Source: Anaerovoracaceae bacterium (GTDB lineage: Bacteria; Bacillota; Clostridia; Peptostreptococcales; Anaerovoracaceae). From it: a stretch of DNA of 24,000 nucleotides. Each line of letters starts with the position of its first letter. The stretch's first letter is position 1. The notes beneath the pieces are model-generated. The model worked only from the letters and a program-made list of their open reading frames with translations, was not told the origin of the DNA and ran no database searches. This document shows positions 17,266-23,040 of this stretch, piece after piece. The position numbers were made by a program, and so were the translations under genes. Location: assembly GCA_045600065.1 (NCBI GenBank), contig JAZRXE010000055.1, positions 26,873 through 50,872 on the forward strand, in the 5' to 3' direction.

Positions 17266-18345
17266 CTATATGTGTGAAATTTCGGGTGTATTTTTCCAAA
17301 ACATTATTACATATTTTGATTTGTCGAGTTGCTTAACAAAATCGGCAAATTGGTTCTGCAATTCGATTGGCGGTATATAAATAGGCATTTCTGCAATTTG
17401 CCCAGACGATACTCGCGCTCTTGTTTGTCCATGAATCATACTCGAAGCTAAGAGTAGCGTTGTTGGACAATTTATATACTGGCAGACAAAGATATTATCC
17501 AAAATATCAGGATTAGGAATGTAGTGGACGCAGTCCGCCTTATTAACAGCTATTCCAACATATTCCGGAATAATGCAAGCCCTGAGATTAGGTTCTCCAA
17601 GTGTTCCAATAACAATTTCGCCGGATTTGCAAGTGTATTTCTTTAACCGTTCATAGTGTTCGGCTGGTATAAATGATTTGTCATTATCAATAAATTGCCC
17701 AACCCCGATATTGCCAAGACGGATAACTCTTATACCTTCATCTGAATAATGTTCTGATTTTAGGTTTGAACCAAACGGGCCATCACTCAATCGAATCGAA
17801 GCCTCTTTGAACGTCTTGGTTTTCCACCCATTAGGATTGGAAAATGTGTCACCAAACATCTCGACAAATCGGGCTTTGATGAGATCGTCCAGTTTTTGGA
17901 GTTCCTGTTGGCGGGCACTAATAATACTCTCGACTTTTCCAAGGATGGTGACGATCTCTTGTTGTTTTTCGAGCAAGTCCAAATTGAACGTCTCATTCTG
18001 ATAATCCTTGAAATAAATATGTGGAATCGTCGCACCCGTAAAATATTTTTCCAAGTGCATATATCGAACAACATAACAAAGATACTCTGGCAGAACATTC
18101 TCTTTTGGTAAAAGATACTGCATGGTGCCGATTACAGAGGATTTTGCAGGATGTAGCGTTGTTCTGCCAATACCTGCACCGTCCTTTACAACTGCCACGT
18201 AAGGCTTATCTTGATGATAAAAATCAACATTACCAATATAACCTGCAGCCCCATAAATTGGGTAATTTCCATTTTTGTCTGCAACATCAGATTGCTTTAG
18301 GCTCGACGAGCCTTTTTCACAAACATCTCCAAGTTTAACTTTCAT
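17266..18345 (-). CDS. hsdS: Type I restriction-modification specificity subunit
   Basis: 359 aa with two variable target-recognition regions. They are separated by a central conserved helix (LLEKQQEIVTILGKVESIISARQQELQKLDDLIKARFVEMFG). A second conserved element, PPIELQNQFADFVKQLDKSK, lies near the C-terminus. The gene is located between hsdM and hsdR. Confidence 0.88.
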   Translation of the reverse strand: MKVKLGDVCEKGSSSLKQSDVADKNGNYPIYGAAGYIGNVDFYHQDKPYVAVVKDGAGIGRTTLHPAKSSVIGTMQYLLPKENVLPEYLCYVVRYMHLEKYFTGATIPHIYFKDYQNETFNLDLLEKQQEIVTILGKVESIISARQQELQKLDDLIKARFVEMFGDTFSNPNGWKTKTFKEASIRLSDGPFGSNLKSEHYSDEGIRVIRLGNIGVGQFIDNDKSFIPAEHYERLKKYTCKSGEIVIGTLGEPNLRACIIPEYVGIAVNKADCVHYIPNPDILDNIFVCQYINCPTTLLLASSMIHGQTRARVSSGQIAEMPIYIPPIELQNQFADFVKQLDKSKYVIMFWKNTPEISHI

Positions 18346-18370
18346 CTATGTCATCCCTACAAATCCGAAT

Positions 18371-19873
18371 TTATACCCCAAGCATATTACGCAGCGCTTC
18401 CATTTCTTCGCAGATCTGCATTTCAAGCTCGTCAAGCTCCGCCATGATCTCTGTCGAACTCGGGTACTCGACAGGTACGTATTCAGTCTTTTTATATTTG
18501 TTGATGGAAAGATCGTAATCATTGGCTGCGATCTCCTCCTTGGGAACAAGGAACGATTTTTCCGTGCGCTTGCGATCCTTCTCGGCTTCAAGGTCTCTGA
18601 AACGGACGATGATGTCAGGGATATCATTCTCCGCAACAGGAGTCCGTTTATCGTCCAGAGACAGGCCGTCCGCCTGCATATCGTAAAACCACACATTATC
18701 CGTGCCGCCATGTCCGGTTTTCGTAAAGATCAGAACGGCTGTGGAAACACCGGCATACGGCTTGAATACGCCAGAGGGCATGGAGATCCCCGCCTCCAGA
18801 CGGTTGCCGTCAATGATCTCTTTGCGTATCGCTTTATGAGCCGCCGAAGATCCGAACAGCACGCCATCCGGAACGATGCAGGCACATCGGCCGCCGACGC
18901 GCAGCATGCGCAGGAAGAGTGCAAGGAACAAAAGCTCCGTCTTTTTTGTCTTGCAGACCTTGAGCAGATCCGCCGAGACCGTATCGGCATCCAGGCTGCC
19001 TTTGAAGGGTGGATTAGCGAGGATCAGACTATATTTGTCCTTGTCCGGATTCTGATCGGAAAGGCTGTCGCGGTATTCGATATAAGGGTTGTCCACACCG
19101 TGGGTCATCATGTTCATGGCACCGATACGAAGCATGGTTCGGTCCATATCGTAGCCGAAGAACATGTGGTTCATATAATGATCCTTCTTCTGCTTGTTGA
19201 AGAAGATCTCTTCTTTGTGTTTTTCCTTCAGATATTCTCCGGCAGCGACCAGGAATCCGGATGTGCCGCAGGCTGGATCGCAGATCACTTCGTCCGCTTT
19301 GGGATCCATCAGTTCGACCATCATCCGGATAATGTGACGAGGTGTGCGGAACTGTCCGTTTACTCCGGCAGAAGCGATTTTTGCAAGAAGGTATTCGTAA
19401 ACATCTCCGCGTACATCCGCCGACTGATTTCCTGTCATCATCTGATAGATCTCATCCAGAGAGTCGACGACTTTTGAAAGCATCAGCGGCGTAGGCAGCT
19501 TAAAGATCGCATCGTCCATATACTTAGAGTAAGCGCTGTTCTTATCGACGTGCAGATTTTTGATAAAGGGGAATACCCATTCCTGCACCACAGTGTACAT
19601 CTTGCCCGCGGGAAAATCATGAAATACGCTCCACTTGAGTTGCTGTCCGTCGATCTTTCGATCTCCGATCTGCACTTCATCGGCAAAAACGCTCGTATAG
19701 GACAGGCCCAGCATGGCGGCCTCCTTTGCACGGACGTTATCGGAATCGTCCAGATCGCGGATGAACATCAAATAGGTGATCTGCTCGATCACATCCAATG
19801 GATTCGTGAGCCCGCCGGTCCAGAATATTTCCCAAAGACTGTCGATTTTGTTTTTCAATTCGCCTGTGATCAT
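18371..19873 (-). CDS. hsdM: Type I restriction-modification N6-adenine DNA methyltransferase subunit
   Basis: 500 aa. HsdM N-terminal domain (LWEIFWTGGLTNPLDVIEQITYLMFIR), SAM motif I (ICDPACGTSGFL) and catalytic motif IV (LANPPFKGS). ATG lies 2 nt after the fic stop, with a GGAG SD inside the fic 3' end. Confidence 0.95.
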   Translation of the reverse strand: MITGELKNKIDSLWEIFWTGGLTNPLDVIEQITYLMFIRDLDDSDNVRAKEAAMLGLSYTSVFADEVQIGDRKIDGQQLKWSVFHDFPAGKMYTVVQEWVFPFIKNLHVDKNSAYSKYMDDAIFKLPTPLMLSKVVDSLDEIYQMMTGNQSADVRGDVYEYLLAKIASAGVNGQFRTPRHIIRMMVELMDPKADEVICDPACGTSGFLVAAGEYLKEKHKEEIFFNKQKKDHYMNHMFFGYDMDRTMLRIGAMNMMTHGVDNPYIEYRDSLSDQNPDKDKYSLILANPPFKGSLDADTVSADLLKVCKTKKTELLFLALFLRMLRVGGRCACIVPDGVLFGSSAAHKAIRKEIIDGNRLEAGISMPSGVFKPYAGVSTAVLIFTKTGHGGTDNVWFYDMQADGLSLDDKRTPVAENDIPDIIVRFRDLEAEKDRKRTEKSFLVPKEEIAANDYDLSINKYKKTEYVPVEYPSSTEIMAELDELEMQICEEMEALRNMLGV

Positions 19874-19875
19874 GA

Positions 19876-20931
19876 TTATTTATCTCCATTCCATACGTAA
19901 GAAGTATAGCGTCCGCCGCCGATCTTCAGAATATCTTCGCTCTTCAGCAGATCTGCCAGAGCTCGCTGCACGGTCACCTGGCTGATATCCGGACACTGCC
20001 CCATGACCTCCGCCCTGGTGATCTTGCCCAGGTGCCCTTTGATGATCTCTCGTACCCGATCCGGCTTTGATACGCCTTTGGCTGCCAGCAGTATTGCTCT
20101 GTCCTCGAAATCGCGATACGCTGCCAGGATCACACCGAGCATGTACGTGACAAAAGAACTGTAATCGTTTGTGCCCTCATGCCATCCGTCCGAGCTGTCC
20201 AGCAGAGCCTCGTAATAGGAAGCCTTCGTGTCGGAGATCAGTTTTTCGATACTGATATACTTACCGACGTAATACCCGTTTCTGTACAGCAGAAGCAGCG
20301 TTAGCAGACGGCTCATTCTGCCGTTGCCGTCGTTGAAGGGATGAATACACAGAAAATCCAGGATGAACATCGGGATCAGGATCAGGGGATCCATTTCAAG
20401 AGTATTGACAGCCTCGCTGAAAGCGTCGCAGAGACAGTTCATCGTTTCCGGCGTTTCCCATGCTGGCACGGGATTAAAGCGTACCGTTTTCGTTCCGTCG
20501 GCATGCTCTTCGGCGATAACGTTATCTGAATTCTTATAATTTCCGCCGATGGCTTTTCCGGTGAATTTATAGAGATCTCTGTGCAGCTGCAGGATGTGGT
20601 TCGGACGCGGGAGGATATATTCGTAGTTTTCGTGAACAGTGGTCAGCACGTCACGATAACCTGCTATCTCTTTTTCTCCGCGGTTTTTCGGAATCGTTTT
20701 TTCCCGAACGATCTTTTTGAGACGATCATCGGTGGTAATGATGCCTTCGATCCTGTTGGAGGCGTCCGTGCTCTGGATCTTCGCAATCTCCAGCAATTCG
20801 GCCAGGGCATCTTCTTTCGCCTCGATCAACGGATTTTGCCGTCCTTTGTATTCGTGGATCTGAGTCAGATAGTTCACAACGTCCGGAGTAAGGAGCTTGC
20901 TGTACTCAGTTTTGAAGTCGAATGTTCTCAT
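19876..20931 (-). CDS. class II Fic-domain protein (putative AMPylase) with Fic_N inhibitory helix and C-terminal winged-helix domain
   Basis: Complete Fic active-site motif HPFNDGNGRMSR, matching HxFx(D/E)GNGRxxR (20308-20343). The N-terminal intramolecular inhibitory motif SNRIEG matches (S/T)xxxE(G/N) (20743-20760). A C-terminal wHTH-like segment is present (ITRAEVMGQCPDISQVTVQRALADLLKSEDILKIGGGRYTSY). Confidence 0.9.
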   Translation of the reverse strand: MRTFDFKTEYSKLLTPDVVNYLTQIHEYKGRQNPLIEAKEDALAELLEIAKIQSTDASNRIEGIITTDDRLKKIVREKTIPKNRGEKEIAGYRDVLTTVHENYEYILPRPNHILQLHRDLYKFTGKAIGGNYKNSDNVIAEEHADGTKTVRFNPVPAWETPETMNCLCDAFSEAVNTLEMDPLILIPMFILDFLCIHPFNDGNGRMSRLLTLLLLYRNGYYVGKYISIEKLISDTKASYYEALLDSSDGWHEGTNDYSSFVTYMLGVILAAYRDFEDRAILLAAKGVSKPDRVREIIKGHLGKITRAEVMGQCPDISQVTVQRALADLLKSEDILKIGGGRYTSYVWNGDK

Positions 20932-20978
20932 TAATTTATACTCATTTGATTTTTAATTTGATCATTATTGTATTTTTG

Positions 20979-20990
20979 ATGCAATTGCAT
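20979..20990. promoter_or_regulatory. perfect 12-bp palindrome ATGCAATTGCAT overlapping the -10/+1 of the fic-hsd promoter (candidate operator)
   Basis: atgcaattgcat at 20979-20990 is its own reverse complement. Its last two bases are the last two bases of the -10 hexamer on the gene strand. Confidence 0.5.
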
Positions 20991-21017
20991 ATTAACACCA
21001 ATGTAGTCACAAATCAA
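20989..21017 (-). promoter_or_regulatory. candidate sigma-A promoter of the fic-hsdMSR operon (TTGATT-17 nt-TAATAT with TGn extended -10)
   Basis: Minus strand reads TTGATT (21017-21012), the 17-nt spacer tgtgactacattggtgt, then TAATAT (20994-20989). The spacer ends in TGT, giving an extended -10. The predicted leader to the fic ATG (20931) is about 50 nt. Confidence 0.6.
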
Positions 21018-21138
21018 GATAATTTAGTCATTTTGTGCCGCAATGATCAAATTAAAGTTTCGCATTGCTTTATTGATCGAATCCCTACACTGCTGCAATA
21101 CGATTTCTCGCCCATGCCGGCACCACTGAAATACGAAT

Positions 21139-21194
21139 AAACGCCTGAACTCGCTCCGAAACATAACAGTTCGGCATCGGTCTCAGGCGTTTTT
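21139..21194. terminator. bidirectional hairpin terminator after the polymerase/YolD-like operon
   Basis: Perfect 10-bp outer stem aaacgcctga (21139-21148) / tcaggcgttt (21183-21192), plus an inner 5-bp stem ccgaa (21156-21160) / ttcgg (21170-21174). On the plus strand it is followed by ttttt (21190-21194). On the minus strand it is followed by TTTATTCGTATTT. It starts immediately after the TGA of the 100-aa ORF. Confidence 0.7.
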
Positions 21195-21496
21195 CATTGT
21201 ACTTCAGGATAAGGTTCTCCATACCCTTCATCCAGGTAACTCTGTTCGGTCTCCTTGCCGGCGGTGTCGATGGCATCGCCGTAGCCGGAGAGCGCGGCAA
21301 AGGGAGAAAACTGGCCGGCGCGGTCGTGCATGCTCATGTGGGAGCGCTTAGCCGAAACATGGTGGGGCAGATCGACGATGTCTTCGTACGGGAACACCGA
21401 GGCTGCGGCTTGCCCGGTGTCCCGAGCCTCCAAAGCCGTCTGTCCGGAGTTTTTCCGATCTTTGTTTTCTGTTGGCATTTCAAGTTTTTCCGTCAT
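21194..21496 (-). CDS. short YolD-like protein (putative accessory factor of the upstream Y-family polymerase)
   Basis: 100 aa. Its ATG overlaps the polymerase stop (ATGA at 21493-21496). The central motif MSMHDRAGQFSPFAALSGYGDAI resembles, from memory, the conserved core of small ORFs that follow UmuC/UvrX-like polymerases in Firmicutes (YolD-like family). Confidence 0.55.
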   Translation of the reverse strand: MTEKLEMPTENKDRKNSGQTALEARDTGQAAASVFPYEDIVDLPHHVSAKRSHMSMHDRAGQFSPFAALSGYGDAIDTAGKETEQSYLDEGYGEPYPEVQ

Positions 21497-23028
21497 TTTC
21501 TGTGTCCGCCTATTGTGCCGTTGCGCTGTATTGCGGTAGCGCCCTCCTGCAGATCCATGCCCATGACAATGGCATTCTTGCCAAAGCGCTTGCGTATCTC
21601 CAGTATGGTCTGCTGCTGTCTGCGCTCTGCCTCGGTGTCGGCCTTCTGCGCTTCTTCTTTCTGTTTCTGCTGATCGGCAGCTGCCTGCAGAGAGAAGATA
21701 TCCAGCTGCTCTTCGATCTCTTCCGCAGGGATGTCCTCCTCCGCAATCACATGGCTGGCAATCACATACATGCGGCGTACCAGCAGCGAGGGATCAACTA
21801 TGCGGTCGAAAAGCTCCATGGTCTTTTCGGTTATGAGCTTTGTAGAGGACGTATATTTACCCAGATTTATGCTGCCGTGGGCCATCTTGGGCATGCGCCT
21901 GCCGTAGGCATCCACGCTGACCGGGCCCTTGTATTTAGCCGCCCGTGCAGGATCCGTCAGATTCAGGGTATCGTAGCCGATGTCAAGCACCATCTGATCC
22001 GACACCAGGCCCTTGTCCACCAGCTCCAGCACAAGAGCATCCGTCATCTCGCGAACCACCAGCTTGGCAAGATCGAATCCATAAGGATCCTGAAGCACCT
22101 GACCGGAGCTGATACTGTTGCTTTCGGGCTTGTATGCCTTGATATCGGCAATGGTGCAGGGCTCCCAGCCCCAGGCGTGGTCTATCAGAAGCTCAGCGTT
22201 TATGCCGAACAGGCTGTAAAGCAGATCCTCGTTGAGAAAATCTCCGGGACCGCCGAGAGAACATCTGGCAACATCCCCCATGGTATACATGCCGTGAGCC
22301 TCCAGCTTTCTGGCATAACCCCTGCCTATGCGCCAGAAGTCGGTAAGAGGCCTGTGATCCCATAGCTTGCGGCGGTAGCTCATCTCGTCAAGAACAGCTA
22401 TGCGCACGCCGTTTTCATCTGCGGGGATATGCTTTGCCTCCACATCCATTGCTATCTTGGCAAGATACATATTGGGGCCCACGCCTGCGGTAGCGGTAAT
22501 GCCCGTGCGGCTCAGAACCTCAAGGATAAGCTTTCTTGCAAACTGCTCGGCACTCAGCCCGTAGGTCCGCAGATAATCCGTGGCGTCTATGAAGACCTCG
22601 TCTATGGAATAGACATGAACATCCTCTGCAGACACATACTGCAGATAGGTCTGATAGATGCGAGTGCTGACCTCCATATACCTGGCCATGCGCGGCGCGG
22701 CAACCAGATAATCTACTGCCAGCGAGGGGTCTGCTTCAAGCTCCGGATACTTCCAGGACTTGCCGCTGAGCCTGCCTGAAGGGGAATCCAATGCCCTTCG
22801 GGCGTTCACCTCCCTGAGCTTTTGGATAACCTCAAAAAGCCTGGCGCGTCCCGGTATCCCAAAGGATTTCAGGGACGGAGACACAGCCAGGCATATGGTC
22901 TTCTCCGTGCGGCTCAGATCTGCCACCACCAGATTCGTGGTCAGCGGATCCAGGCCCCGGTCAGAACACTCCACCGAAGCGTAGAATGATTTAAGGTCTA
23001 TGGCGATATAGCTTCTTTCCTGAGGCAA
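21493..23028 (-). CDS. Y-family (UmuC/UvrX/DinB-like) translesion DNA polymerase
   Basis: 511 aa with a TTG start and AAAGGAA SD. Catalytic motifs YIAIDLKSFYASVEC and YSIDEVFIDAT are present. After an acidic/Gln-Lys-rich linker comes a C-terminal tail, ...IRKRFGKNAIVMGMDLQEGATAIQRNGTIGGHRK, typical of the Firmicute branch. Confidence 0.88.
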   Translation of the reverse strand: MPQERSYIAIDLKSFYASVECSDRGLDPLTTNLVVADLSRTEKTICLAVSPSLKSFGIPGRARLFEVIQKLREVNARRALDSPSGRLSGKSWKYPELEADPSLAVDYLVAAPRMARYMEVSTRIYQTYLQYVSAEDVHVYSIDEVFIDATDYLRTYGLSAEQFARKLILEVLSRTGITATAGVGPNMYLAKIAMDVEAKHIPADENGVRIAVLDEMSYRRKLWDHRPLTDFWRIGRGYARKLEAHGMYTMGDVARCSLGGPGDFLNEDLLYSLFGINAELLIDHAWGWEPCTIADIKAYKPESNSISSGQVLQDPYGFDLAKLVVREMTDALVLELVDKGLVSDQMVLDIGYDTLNLTDPARAAKYKGPVSVDAYGRRMPKMAHGSINLGKYTSSTKLITEKTMELFDRIVDPSLLVRRMYVIASHVIAEEDIPAEEIEEQLDIFSLQAAADQQKQKEEAQKADTEAERRQQQTILEIRKRFGKNAIVMGMDLQEGATAIQRNGTIGGHRK

Positions 23029-23040
23029 TATATTTCCTTT

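Larger units (their letters stand above)
20952..21056. repeat. perfect 15-bp inverted repeat pair bracketing the fic-hsd promoter (75-bp spacer)
   Basis: IR-L is tttaatttgatcatt (20952-20966). IR-R is aatgatcaaattaaa (21042-21056), the exact reverse complement. The -35, -10 and the 12-bp palindrome all lie between them. Confidence 0.85.

Noticed and set aside
21068-21084. Third GATC-containing element (ctttattgatcgaatcc) considered as a third copy of the 15-bp inverted repeat.
   Set aside because: Only the 6-mer ttgatc is shared with the IRs, which is not distinguishable from chance in this AT-rich spacer.
20922-21140. 72-aa plus-strand ORF filling the fic upstream intergenic region.
   Set aside because: It is an AT-rich, hydrophobic or low-complexity translation with no SD. 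It overlaps the fic start codon and the minus-strand promoter, so it is most likely a compositional artefact.
21156-21174. CGAA...TTCG inverted repeat (ccgaaacataacagttcgg) considered as a LexA/Cheo SOS box for the neighbouring Y-family polymerase.
   Set aside because: The spacing is wrong: GAA-N9-TTC here against GAAC-N4-GTTC in the consensus. The repeat lies downstream of the operon, inside the terminator hairpin, not in a promoter.
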